Assembly (NCBI GenBank): GCA_964035545.1 | Contig: CAXIUT010000123.1 | Coordinates: 28,561 to 56,994, forward strand | Length of the DNA stretch: 28,434 bases | Source of the DNA: Bugula neritina | Lineage: Eukaryota > Animalia > Bryozoa | Direction: 5' to 3' | Shown: one piece after another, positions 10,201 to 22,963 of the stretch | Numbering within the stretch: the stretch's first letter is position 1 | Layout: every line of letters starts with the position of its first letter | Notes under the pieces: model-generated | Told to the model about the DNA's origin: nothing | The model's database searches: none | The model's input: the letters and a program-made list of their open reading frames with translations, nothing else | Translations under genes and position numbers: made by a program

Positions 10201-13200
10201 AAAATATTTTACCATGAGGGACAGAAGTAAACTTGTTAGAATAGATAACAGCTGCAGCTTTAATAAGCAAAAGATTATCAAAGTCAATGCTAAGTTGAAT
10301 TTATTGATTAATTTTATAATGATTTCCTCTCAATTTAATATAAGATTTAGCTGTTTTTTTAATATACTTATCTTTTTATCTGATAGTAAGAACAGCGTTT
10401 AAAGTAAATTACATATTATTTGCTTTCAATAAAAATGATCTATACACTTTATAACTAGACTGCACTCCAAAAGACAACCCTAGTTCTTTTATACTTATCT
10501 AAACGATACTTCCATTCACATAGGCAGGAAAACACTCAAAAACATTCAATTTAACTATCCCTCCACTTAAAACATCTATCTACATATGACTCTTTTTCAA
10601 TTAAGTTGTTTCTATTGGTAGTTATCCCTCATAAGGATCACAGCTATAATTGAGTAGCAATTTATATTTTGATTATTGAAGAGTTAGATAGTTTTTAGTA
10701 TATTTAAGTTGACTTTATTTTTTAGGATAAAAATCCATCAAAATAGAACCTGATATTTGCATTTACTACCAAGGTATTCTAGCTCTAGAAATAAGCTATT
10801 TCTAACTCGAATTAAATAATTCTTTACTTATAGCTTTATAAGAAGAATAAAGATCTATCACTATCTAGTCCTTATTAAACACATTTAATACTACATTAGC
10901 TTTCAATATATTATCTGTAAAATTACATTCAGCCAACGAACATTGATACCCATTACGATTGACTAATAAATAATATTTGAAAATGGTTCTTAAGCTAGGA
11001 GTAGCAATAAGAGGTTGAATCTGACTCAATTTTAGTTTTAAACCTCCATTACTCAAAGGTAGAGAATGAACCACTTCTAACAACAAGTATATCTACAACA
11101 CCTTTTCTTATTTCTAATAGGTCAAAGCCACTTAGTACTCTCCTCGACCCATCAACTCATTTATATTGATAAATCCATTGTATATCATAAAGTTCTTCTA
11201 GTAGTCATGAGATTGAGCACTCACAAAGATCAGTTGTTGATCATCTGACTTACTCACCTTCAACCTTCCTGACTAACAAGTATTGAACATTATCTGGTTA
11301 TTACCTGTCTAATATTCCAAAGATTCATAACTTTATGATGCTCTGCTGATAGTGAATTTATAAATTGAATAGTTAATGGGGACGTAAGCCTTTCTTAGTT
11401 TAAATCCAATGTCAGAGTTGCCTTTAAAATAACTTGTTTGTTTTTGTTCTTTTATTGAAGGATCTTTCAACTATTTAGGGACCTACTACGACTAGAATAT
11501 ATAAATTATCTGCAACTTATGGTTTTCAGACAAATTTATTTCATATAAATAGTGATTTTGACTGTCTGGTGTGCCGAAAATATCTTGAAAAGAACCAAAC
11601 CAACTATAAACAAACTCATTCTCACTCTTCTTATCAGCTTTTCCTTTGCTTTAGTTCACAATATTGTCAATGGTCACTTTAACCTCAACTGTCCCTTCTG
11701 AAACACTAAATAGATAATGCTTTTCAAGGAGATAATTCCCTATTTGTCCACTTCCGATGAGACAGACCCCATCAACTCTCAACTTTATTGCAACATCACC
11801 AAAAGATCCCTCTATTTTAATGTTCACTACTTTTATTTTACCTTTTTTAACAGTGCCTTTGAGTTGAGTTTTAGCTTTAAAGAGACAGAGAGACTAATGT
11901 ACCATTTGATTGAATTTTTTACAAATATTTACGATAGAATGTCTTTTAGCAAAGGCAAGAAATCTATGATTGAAATCTATTTGATTTTAAGCAAGATCTT
12001 TAGGATTTTATATTAAGATTTGAAATATAAAGGTGTTGTCTAGATTAGATTAAGCACTTTATTCAAAGACATGTTATTTTGATAATAAATAAAGAGTTCC
12101 CCTGGCTCCATCAAGAAGACTCAATCTAGTATTAATTATATATTAAGTTTTATTTTATTTTAAATCAAACTTTTTAAAAGTTTTAACGTAATTATATCTA
12201 TCTATATGCACTAATTGAACAGTTGTATTTTTTAACACTTCGAACAAATAACAATTCGATAGTTTTATCTGATTAATATTTACTACTCCTCTTTAGTCGA
12301 ATTCATGCTTGGGAGAATTAAGTTTAGGTAAAACTTTCATCAATTAGTTATTCTTTTATAACATCAATTGAAAAGTCAATACGATCTAAATGCTACGATA
12401 GTTATCATAGTAGCTAACAGAATGAACAACTTTCTAAGTCTACTCACACCAATTCAAACTATTCACTGCTATTTTAAAAGAACAATAAGCTTCCATCCCT
12501 TCAACCTCATCCGAATCCTCATAATATTATAAAAACAAAAAAGACCTATCTTCTACATAAACTCTTCCCTCATTTTTCTATAACAAACAACCATTCAATG
12601 GTCCAGTTGCCTTTACTTTGTAGCTAGGTGCTTTTCCTTTACCACTTTTGGTAACTTCTTTCAGACCTATCCAAAGAATATTGTGTTTGGGAGGAAGTAG
12701 ACCATTAAGGACAATGCTAGCAGATATATAGACGATTGTATCTTGGTTAGACTAGTAGAATCTTAGAGCAAAAAAGCTATTTTAGGTTATATTTCTGACT
12801 AAAACTTCTGTTTCTAATTAATACTTATTCAAAGAATCACTACTTCTTAGGATAAACTTGATTCTATCCTTACTCGACAAATAACCAAAAGCATTTTATG
12901 ATAACTACTTCATCAACCCAAAAGATTGCGATCCATAATGACAGATCAACCGTTGACTAACTGATAAACTTCTAATTAGCTTTATTTTTATTGAAGATCT
13001 TTCATTCAGAGGAAGATAAAGATCTTTAGGATTAGCATCAAACGTTTAAAGATAGAGATATGATTCAATTATTTCTTATAAAGAATTAACCATCCTAAGT
13101 TTGATAGATGAGTTAGTTTGAGTCAATAACTCTCCGAATTAGACTCTACCGTAAGTGAGCAACTAGTCGACTCCATTAGGATTGTTATTGTAGACCTAGA

Positions 13201-13436
13201 TCAGCTGACCAGTACGTAAAAATGGACAAAAGAAGTCAGGTATTTAGCAGATATAGAAATAGAGTGGTTCCATTGAGGATTCTATGAAAATTTAACAATA
13301 GGGGAAGTATACTTATGATCTTAACATTCAGCTATCCTCAATAATATAGAACATACAAGTAAGGACTAGGCAAAGAAGTCACTCCCAGAAGAGGTATCTT
13401 AGTACTTCGTTCGATCACCACTTCAGCCTTTCGCAT
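7229..13436 (-). CDS. Large C2-domain-containing protein (2055 aa)
   Basis: A single 6.2-kb frame with no TGA after removing two 20-nt introns (13337-13356, 13196-13215). N-terminal C2 signature PSPYLIAECEDHKYTSPIVKFSENPQWNHSI...FYVYNNNPNGVDELLTYGRVEFGELL. Further C2-like beta-rich segments (NELMGRGEY, KELISRARIPW, LMPISYGTISI) are weaker. Confidence 0.88.
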
Positions 13437-13607
13437 AAAATTCAAATTAAATTCTGTGAATTATTCATACTCAATCAAAGCAAAAATCAATTAATAAACT
13501 CTAATAGTAACTATTCATATCCACAAACAGATTACGATAAAAAGATGATATCTTATGACATAGCTATGTTTCAATATCTATTTAATTATTATTTTTAATA
13601 ATAAAGT

Positions 13608-15386
13608 ATGTCTGAACAGTTGAAAAACAACTAACTACTCTACAAAGACCTCTTCCAGACCCACCGCTTTATAGAAGATAACCACTTCGGTTCTAAGATT
13701 CCTTCCCCTTAGTGTTCATCAGTCAAAGATCACTATAATAACAGTGATCACATCTTAGCAGGTAGCTAGCTGGTAGAGCTTTAAAAGTTTGCCAAAGAAA
13801 CGAATCGACTAAGTGACTCTAACTTGGTGTAAGAAGAGGAAAAAGTAGAAAGACCCCTTAATTCAATGAAATTTAGTTTTAATCCTGGTTATGGGTCATC
13901 TTTCAAGATAATCGACAACAAAGTGTCTGAGAATAATATAAATGGTTCATCTCTCAAGTAGATATACTTCAAAGAATTTGAGAAGCAGTCTTCAGTGATC
14001 AAGACAGTTCAAGAGGCAAGAAGACAACTTTTCGATTCAATAACTTAGAAAAGAAACGCAGTAATGAATAAATAGAATATGGTAGGTTCAATAAAAAGAA
14101 ATAACCAATAAGATAGATAAAGATTAGCTAAAGTACATAGTAAGAGTACTCTTCACTCTTAAGGAGTGATTGAAGGTAGATATAAAAAGGATAAGTAGAA
14201 AGATGAAGAAGCCTTATCTATTCAATGTCTTCAAGATTCTTTAGCCAAAAAGAAACAGAAATATGACACTATATCCAAAACATCATATCTCCAGGAAAGT
14301 AAAACTGACAAAAAATAAATGATAAATTCACCAACTAAAACAGCACCAAGTAAAGAACATAAAAAGAATAATAATAGAGGGTAGTAAAAATATATAAAAT
14401 ACCTATAATTTTTATTTGAAGAACTAGATATAAATAAAATAGGAAAACTATCAAGTAACAACTGCTAGTATACTAACATCAAATAGTAGTTTAAAATAGG
14501 TTTTGGATATATCATTGTTAGAATCAAATTTAAAAACCTTGTCCTCAACCTTAAATAATTTATATAACTAGGACTCCAAACCATTAAAGACCTTGATTCT
14601 GAATAGTTTAATCAACTCTTTAATAACATAGAATAAGTAAAAAATTAAATCAAAACCATTTCTCAAAAAATAAATCAAACAGTCAAAAAAGCTAATAAAA
14701 CTCCAGAAAAATAAACAAATTATCACACAAAAACATAGTACAACTCAAAGTCTCCATAAAAATATCAAAACTATCTCAAATAGATATCAATATAAAAGTA
14801 TAGAAAAAGTTAAGAAAAATAAGAAAATAAAAGATATTATTTAGACAGACAAAGTTATAGTCCTACCTTCAAATAAAGTCATTATTCTATAAATAGAAGG
14901 TCTAGCTAATAACAGAACAAAAAATAGTCTAACTAATAACAGAACAGAAGATAGTCTAACAAATAACAGAACAGAAGATAGTCAAATTAATAACAGAACA
15001 GAAGATAGTCAAAGTCATACCTCTAGTACAAAAATAAAAGAAACAACAAAAGTAGAAAAATAAGTCTTAGCAAGGAAGAAGCCGAAGGTCTTTTGATGAA
15101 ATACTACAAAAATAACGATAAAAACAAAGAATAATACGACTATATATACACTATGTTAACATCCAAAGAAACTCAACCTCTAAAAGATATTTCTCCAGTC
15201 ATGAAAAAGAAAATAAGAAATATTTCTTAATAAATGATTAGAGAACATAAAAGAAATTTAAAAGAACTTATAAAACTCAATTAAAAAATGGAAATTTATA
15301 TGTCCAACAGCAGAAAAAGACTTGAAGAATTATCAAATGAAAAGTACGAAAAAGGATATCATAGAAATTATATAAACAAACAATGA
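13608..15386 (+). CDS. Hypothetical protein with degenerate EF-hand-like segment (592 aa)
   Basis: Intronless 1779-nt frame from ATG13608 to TGA15384-15386. LEFLFEELDINKIGKLSS...LNLKEFIELG resembles a degenerate EF-hand pair. Confidence 0.85.
14901..15011 (+). repeat. Coding 27-bp tandem repeat x4 (SNEEQNRRE)
   Basis: Unit TCTAACTAATAACAGAACAGAAGATAG occurs four times with minor substitutions. Each unit holds 2-3 in-frame TAR codons. Confidence 0.9.
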
Positions 15387-15532
15387 TCTATTCTTAAATT
15401 ATCATATTTATAAAGACCACCATAAATACATCCAACTAGAGAGCTTATTTCAAGTTGAAACTCGAATTATTTAAATATCTATCTTAATTTATCTAATTAT
15501 CTCATAAACGATATTATTAAACATTCCTTGAA

Positions 15533-16785
15533 ATGAGCCGTACATCTAGAAGCAAAAGTCAGCCTCGTGGTCCCTAGTACTCCCTCCTAACTCAGCGTAT
15601 AAGTCCACATTTCCACCTGGAATAAAGACTCCCACGGCCTCTACGACTACTAAGCCCAAGAAGACAACTATACAAAAGAAATTCAATACATCAAAAGTTC
15701 CTGTAAAATTTACAGAGACAACTGTAAAGCAGAAGCAGTATCTTTTACCATAGTCAGGTCATCGAAGCTAATGGTAAACACATCGACAATAGCCATAATA
15801 ACTCACTCATCGCAGAAGTCCTCATTGACAAAAACAAAACCAACCCTTAGTTCAAATTGAAATGCCATCTCAAAAAAGAAATAGAAACGCAAACTCTCTA
15901 ACCTGCTTCTCCCTATCGAACTCCTTATCTTGTTGTTAAATAATTTACAAAAAATGGTTCCATTAATGGCTATCCTCTAAGTAAAACCTTATCTAACTAG
16001 AGCCTGGCAACATCATCAAATTTGGAAGGATCGAGTACATGGTGATTGAATCGAAAAATGATACTGAAACCTGTACCATCAGAAACACCAATCATTTCGA
16101 CTAGACCAATGGAGTTTTCTAAATTCAAAAGCACCTTTCAGAACATGACAAAGCAGTTCAAGAAGGATAAAGTAGTTGCAAAGTTTGTCTCTGCTCTTAA
16201 TAGACAGACAATGACCCTTTGATATCTCCTTGCAAGTGCAAAGGCAGCTGTCGACTTATCCATGTTGGTTGTTTGAGGACCTGGATCAATAGTAAAGTAA
16301 AAAAGGAGGTCAAGGGCATCGTTCAAAGCTACAATTTTACCAAATTTGAATGCTAAATATGCAAATCACCCTTTCCTCAGATCGTAAGATTCGGCAACAA
16401 CCAAGACATATAGATGATGACGATTTCTAAACCAAAGAAGCCATATATTTTATTTTAAAGTCTAGGTAACAAACAGGAACACAATAGAGAAGAACGTTGG
16501 CTTCACCTAGTCTCCAGCTAGTAAAACTCTTCAATCAAAATAGGCAGAGGTCATGACTGCTAAATCAGAATTACTGATATTTCTGTATCCCGAAAACACG
16601 CAGAGATAGTATTGAAGGAAGGGGATTTTTATTTAGCTGATACAAAGGCCAAATTTGGAACTCTTATTCGACTACAAGAAGACTTCAACCTAACTTCGAA
16701 TAGACCCATCAGAATTCAACTAGCAAGGACAGTCTTTGAGTTCAAACTCAAATCAGATCTCATCTAAGAAGTAGATACTGAATGA
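15533..16785 (+). CDS. RINGv (C4HC3, MARCH-type) plus FHA domain E3 ubiquitin ligase (397 aa)
   Basis: Introns at 15577-15595 (19 nt; an alternative 19-nt GT-AG just after the ATG also restores frame), 15738-15757 and 15981-16000. Motifs: TWNKDSHGLYDYE, YPLKPGNIIKFGR, CKVCLC...DPLISPCKCKGSCRLIHVGCLRTWI...CEICK, and FHA GRGHDCEIRITDISVSRKHA...DTKAKFGT. Confidence 0.95.
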
Positions 16786-16956
16786 TCTTCATAGCTCTCA
16801 AACTATGATCAATAATTATATTATTCTATTTTTCATTAGTCACTGAGTCAAAATGACCTTGATTTCTAAGGTGCTTCTATCTATATTAGACTATTTGATC
16901 GAATCTCAATACTTAAATATTTATAAATTAATGATTTAATAACAGAAACAGTAATA

Positions 16957-19900
16957 TCAATGTCTGTATTGAGAGATTTGTAGTTGTTTTGAATGTTTTA
17001 GATCAGATTCGTAGTCTCTGATTCTACTTCTAAGAGCCTCTATTTCCACAAAGAGGATAAAGATCAAACTTAACTGCTCCTCAGATTTTCTCTCACCCTG
17101 GTTCTCTCCACTCATAGCTAATTTATAAGATACAACTTCTTCATTTAGATTTATGTTTTCAGAAGAAAGACGACTTATCTCCTGGTTAAGAACTTTTATC
17201 TGAATAATCTAAAATCTACCCTTGTGTCAAGCATTTTAGCTTTTTCAAGTTATATTTAGAAGAAGTGATTTTTGTTTTGAAGGTGAGAGTTTTGATTACT
17301 CAAATTAGACAAAATTTGTCTTAGTTGCAAGTACTCTTTCTATAATTAAAGGTTTCTAGATATCAGTAGAGGTACTTGTTCTCATAGGTTGCCAAGCTGA
17401 TTCGACTCTGTTGTTGATTGTTCCTCATAAAGTTGTACTCGATCTCGAATGATCTTAAAACCCCTGTCACTCTTTACAACTAATCCTCTAAGACAAACAC
17501 CTTTTCAAGCAAATCTTCTTGATCAGTTCCTTTAGTTTATAAACTTTCGAGTTTATCCATTGATCTACTGGTGCAATCGACCCATTTCCTAACTTACACT
17601 TTCAAACGAACTATTTGTTCATTCGCTATTATTAATTTGCCTTCACTTTCTTGGAGTTTTTTTTGAAGTCCTCTAAAAGACTGTTAAAGACGAATATTAT
17701 TATTTTTCAACTAAGAAATTTATCTAAAAGCATTTTAGTTATGACTTCTTTCTTCTGATAGTTTTTTGATAGATATTTAGAGATCCCTAGTTTGATTTTG
17801 ATTGTTTTTTGACTCTTGAATAATACTTTTTGTTTTTGCAAGTTAGAGTTCTGTATTTTAGTATTTATTTTTCAAAGAAAGATAGCTTTCCTAATTTTTT
17901 GTTATTTGAGTATTTCTTATTTAAATAACCTTTTTAAGATTATCTACTTATTTGCTTAGAACCAACAATCTGTTTTGACTATGCTTCTAAAAATTACTTT
18001 CTTGTGACTAGTACTTTGCTATTATTTTCTTATATTCTGATATTTATCTATTTTTAGCCACTAGTTCTTCATTTATCTTTCCACTCTCATTCGATCTTAC
18101 ACTGATAGATTCATTTGTTTTCTACAATATACTTATAATTTTGATCTGTTCCTGGTAGACTAGATCTATCTTTTGAGCTAACATACCTACTTCTCCTCTC
18201 TGGTTGTTTAGCTCAATCTATTTCTTTCCAACCATCTCATTCAACCTTTATATTTCCTTTAAAAACACCTAAAAGTTTTCTTTGGATTACTCAGCTCGAT
18301 TTATCCATTCATTCGTCTTTTAATTGATTTATTTTAAACTTTGAATATCTCTTTTTTTATTTTAAACAGTATCTGTCAATTGTTTATTTTATGCGTTAAG
18401 TTAAACAAGAATATTGTCCTTTATTTTAGAAGCAAGGGCAACTCTTTATAATTAATTAGTTAAGTTTAAAGTTCTACTATCTGCTTCTTTTAGTTCAAAA
18501 TTCAATTATAGAACTTTATTTGACTAGTCAGTAGTCTTCTGTTTATAGTTTTATATTTCAGAATCTTTTGTAGATAATTCTTTGGATTTAGTATTTAATT
18601 ATATTTTTAGTGATTGAATTTATTTTTAATACGTCTATGTTTTAATAATATAGTTTTTAACCTAACTATTCTTATTATTAAACATTATTTATTTCTACCT
18701 CCGACTCTGATCTAATAGCTTCTATAAGTTTTGTATTTTAAGACCCATTGAAGTATTTTCCTCTTTCTTTTCCCTCAATCTCTACTCCCAATCTCGACGA
18801 GTTGTATCTATTATAGTACTCTGACTAATCGTAGAATGTTTCAATTGCTTTATCTCATTCTATTTGTTTCCCATCTACAATAAAACCCCTTTCAGCTCAT
18901 TTCTCACACCTCCCAGCTCCAGCTAGTGTCTCTTTAATTCCTTCGTCTTCTAACTTATCTCTTTGTTCTTTTGCTCTTTTTCCCTTAACAATTGCTATCT
19001 TTCTTTTAATAGCCCATCTCTTTATCTATCACTATTCTCAAAATCTATTATCATGCTCTATTTTTGCTTATATATCACATCATACTACTTCTTTATCACA
19101 TCGAATCTCATGATTAACTACCCATGCTCTCTGGCTAACTGCTACCTCTCTACCTAGACTTTATTCTTATTATTAGTCATTTCCTGTAAAGCAGTTCGAG
19201 TTCTCCCCAATTAATGCATATACTCATTACTTTTATCACTAAATTCTTTCTCGTTCATCTGAAATCGACTCTATCTTTCTTGCATATCTTTAATCAAAGT
19301 CTATTTATATACCAATTTTTAGTGATACTAATGTAGTTGCAGGTTTAGAGCTGAATTATTATTTTTTATATCTATATTCTCCTTTCTCAATCTCTAAATA
19401 GCTGATTTACTCTCTCCATAATTTAAATCACTTTGTTTCATCTTGAATCCTGATCCTAAAAGATAGTCTTCAGCTTCTAATTCTACTTACGCAACTGATC
19501 GAGCAAATGTCTCAATCTTTCGACTTATTGTGATACCATGGCCAACTTCTACTCATATTCAAGCTTGATTTCTTCAGCTGTATCTTTCTATTTCTAAACT
19601 ATCATTAAACTATCCTTCATTTTTATCATTTCTATTTCGTAGCTACTCTTGGCAATCGATAAATTAGATAACAAATTCTGGGATTTTTAAAGGTTATTCT
19701 ATCTCGACTGTAGTCTATCTATTATATAGTTTACCTTAATTAGTTTTATTCGATCTTTTTCTTTAAACGATGAACCTCTTTAAGGAGAATATCATTCTTA
19801 CCTACAGTATCCTTTAATCCTATGATAGCTTATTCATATTTTATTCGTAAATCTCTCATCTATTTATCATAGTCTGTTTTCAAATCTCTAATCTATTTTT

Positions 19901-20270
19901 CTTTTTAGTCCACCATTCTCTTATATTCATTCAATTGGATTTCATTTATGTTTGATTAGCCTTGACTCTTATCATGAAGAATATTGATATAATTGGTAAG
20001 AGTTTTGCTTTTGACGATAGTTTTACTATCTAAGTTTATTATTTTAATTTCTAAGGTGATTGATTTCCTCTTAGTGAATTCGAACAACTTCATTTTGACT
20101 AGTAAACCTCTATCTTCCTTTAAACATACTCAATTAATAGATTAGTACTTTGTAACATTAGCAGAAGTGAAGTGCTCTACCCTTCAATAGAAGTTTCAAG
20201 TACTGAAGGCTCGTTAATTGTATGTCTTAGAACTAATCTACTGAATATTCAACAATGAATGCTGACTCAT
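16957..20270 (-). CDS. Long coiled-coil protein of ciliate cortical/cytoskeletal type (about 1100 aa; 5' part frame-disrupted)
   Basis: Stop TGA16959-16957 and a 20-nt intron at 17200-17219. Motifs KLAMVSQEVERL and IKVLNQEISRL, and terminal LSLIFILFVEIEALRSRI. Frame breaks above about 19450, so the start codon at 20270 is tentative. The middle was not read codon by codon. Confidence 0.7.
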
Positions 20271-20314
20271 GAGATCTTAACTCTTCTATATTATAACTAC
20301 TCAACTTAATTAAA

Positions 20315-21891
20315 TCACAAAGATAAAATAAAACATGGGTTACGTACAGTACTCGACAACTTCAACTACTGTCCAGATGTCATCACTGTTACTTTAGGAT
20401 TCACTTGGCAGTTCAAAAATATCAATGTGTTGCGAGGAATCGTTCTGTAAAATGCTTTAAAAGACTCTTAAAATTCTTTGTAGTATAATTACCATTCGAT
20501 ACTCTACCTTTTCTGAATCCTAGTCAACAATAGATTAGGAATAGCCACATCTCTTTTCATATACTTACTTACTATTCTAAACAAATTAGCTGCTTTTTAA
20601 CAGTACTCAGTTTTCTAATAATGATTACCTTTAAAAGCCTTCATTTCCTATATTTAAGTCAATTTACATAATCGATAGCATAGTCAATAATGGCTACAGA
20701 CTTTTTTCTTCTTGATCTCACTTAAAACAATATATTCTTTCTTTTTCACCTGTTAGTCATTTAAATTTAGCTCTAACCAACTGAAGAGTAGCCAAACAGT
20801 CTTCTTTCGAGTCATGAGCTCCATTTTTGTATTTTTGCTTTATACATTGTAAAAATACTTTCAATATTCTATCAGCAAGGTTTTTTAACTTAAATTTAAT
20901 GCCATTTTAGTCATAAACAATAAACAGCTATCTATAACTCGAGAATAGACTATTTTCATAGCTCTAAGATCATTTTCTAATGAATGTCCCACCAAAATAG
21001 TTTATTTTCTCATAGCTTTCTATAGAAATGGATATAATTTATTTTAAATGGTATTGCTAACATTTTTTAACATTTATTATGTAATACCGCTAAATTAAGT
21101 ATTATAGTTAGTAATCTATACTTAAGGTTTAAACAGCTCATCGAATATAACCTATCCGTCAAAATTAACAATAGTGCTCTTGCCAACTAAAAACCTGAAT
21201 CACTAATGACATCTAACAATCTATGATCAATATCTTATTTTTCCATTCTATCTATTATATATTTTAGTTTTTTACTTCATAAAAATCTTAATATAGTGGC
21301 ATTGATCGATTAGGATAAGAGATGTAACTTCATTTCAGCTGAAGTAAGCATATATTGTTAATATTTTGCAAATAAGAGTTTAATTCAGATGAGAATATGT
21401 ACTATTCTACTGTTTTTTATTGGTTATTTCTTTATATTTTGTTAATTTAGCAACACAACAAACATTCCCAAAGGTCGTCCCCGAATATCCTATTATTAAA
21501 CTTAAAACAAGCCTTATTTTCATTTCTAACCAAAGAACCTAAAAACTCCAGTTCCTTCTTTGCCACATCTCCTAGAACAAGTTACTTTCGATCTATAAGT
21601 CAATATAAATGATTTGCTCTATCAAAGATTGTCTCTAATTGACAACCACATCGGATTTGGGACTGTTTGAGTCAATATATATCTTATATAGTTTTGAAGA
21701 GAACGATGACTGTAGTAGCGATGTACTCTTGAAAAGTCACATATTATACAACTAGTTGTGTCTTTTTTGCTCCTTACTACAATCCACTCATCTTCCTTCT
21801 CCTTTGAATCGTCCTTTTGCTATTCATTTAATTTGACCTTTTTCGATGGCTTTCCGCTTTGTTATTCAACCTCTTAAAAAGTTGGCTACAT
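20315..21891 (-). CDS. DEDDh RNA exonuclease, REXO5/yeast Rex1(Rnh70)-like (frameshifted in this sequence)
   Basis: ExoI ILIIDC[TAG]M..SDSGFELAR, NYNTEFSGIT, ExoII ILVGHSLENDLRAMK...VIDS, ExoIII GAHDSKEDCLATLQLV. N-terminal YIL..PNPMWLSIRD and C-terminal FYRTIPRNTLIFL. Introns at about 20648-20667 and 20838-20858. Several 1-nt indels must be corrected. Confidence 0.88.
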
Positions 21892-22000
21892 CTGTTGATA
21901 ATTCTATCTATAGCTATATCAATATTATATCAATGAACTAACTTTGAACTTTATTTGATTGATTTATTGCTACTAAAGCTCAAACAAATTTATAATCATA

Positions 22001-22910
22001 ATGCTGAAACAATATAGACAGTGCTTACACTCAGGATAGTGGTACAACCAACAAACGTATCTCAATCTCACTTAGCCGCATAACTTTATGCAGAACTTGG
22101 CTCCTACGTCACAAAGCAAAAAAAAATTAAAACCCAAAACTAGTCAAAGCTTTAATTGCACCTCATGCTGGACTCTACCTTCAGTGGACCAACTGCAGCA
22201 TGGGCATATCAATATGTTACCCGTCCCCACAATATTTAAAGAGTTTTAATCTTGGGACCTTCCCACCATAAATATTTCACAGGTTGCAGTTTGACCTATA
22301 TGGACCAATATAGGACTCCAATGGGTCCTCTTGAAGTTGATATTGATGTGGTTTAGGCTTTAAGAAAGAATAAGGTTTTTTTATGTTGGATATTGATGAT
22401 GAATAGAGACGAACATAGTATTGAAATGCAACTACCTTTTATCCATAAAGTAATAGGGAACAAAGTAAAAATAGTGCCTATTTTAAACAGGTCCAGTAAA
22501 TGAATAAATGGCATCGAATTATGGGCGCATATTTGCTCCTTATTTTGACGATCCTAAAACTTTATTCATTTTTTCAACTGATTTTTGCCACTGGGGGTCA
22601 AAATACTAATTCACTTATCACAATCAAGACACGGACAAATATGGCAAGGCATCGAAAGACTAGATGGCGAAGGCATGAACCATATCCAAAGTCATCACTT
22701 TAAATAGTTTTAAAATTATATAAAAAGCACAGGGAACACTATCTGTGGAAGACATGTCCTTTTCATATTCTTAAAAATGATATAGAATTCACAGCTTAAA
22801 TAAAAAACCAAATTTGTTAAATATTCACAGTCAGAACAAGTCAAAAAAATGACCAAAACTCAGTTAGTTATGCCAGTGCCATTTCTTTTCTTCAAGAATA
22901 AGCAAAATGA
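22001..22910 (+). CDS. MEMO1: MEMO1 family protein (frameshifted in this sequence)
   Basis: Hallmark motifs in order: [77 protein letters not shown]. Probable tiny intron at about 22056-22074. At least six frame changes are needed. Confidence 0.92.
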
Positions 22911-22963
22911 TTAAACTACAGTCTTTTTATATATTGGATAATGATTAATAATATTTTAGATGA

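Noticed and set aside
3965-15011. CRISPR-like arrays or mobile elements (24-bp and 27-bp repeats)
   Set aside because: These are head-to-tail in-frame coding repeats without spacers, in a eukaryotic context. No cas, transposase or RT motifs were seen.
16786-16956. tRNA or snoRNA in the larger intergenic spacers
   Set aside because: No cloverleaf, T-loop GTTCRA with stems, or convincing box C/D pair was visible by eye.
22001-22910. Euplotes-style programmed +1 frameshifting or a MEMO1 pseudogene
   Set aside because: Shifts go in both directions, lack a common AAA-stop motif and affect all neighbouring genes while motifs stay conserved. Sequencing error is more parsimonious.
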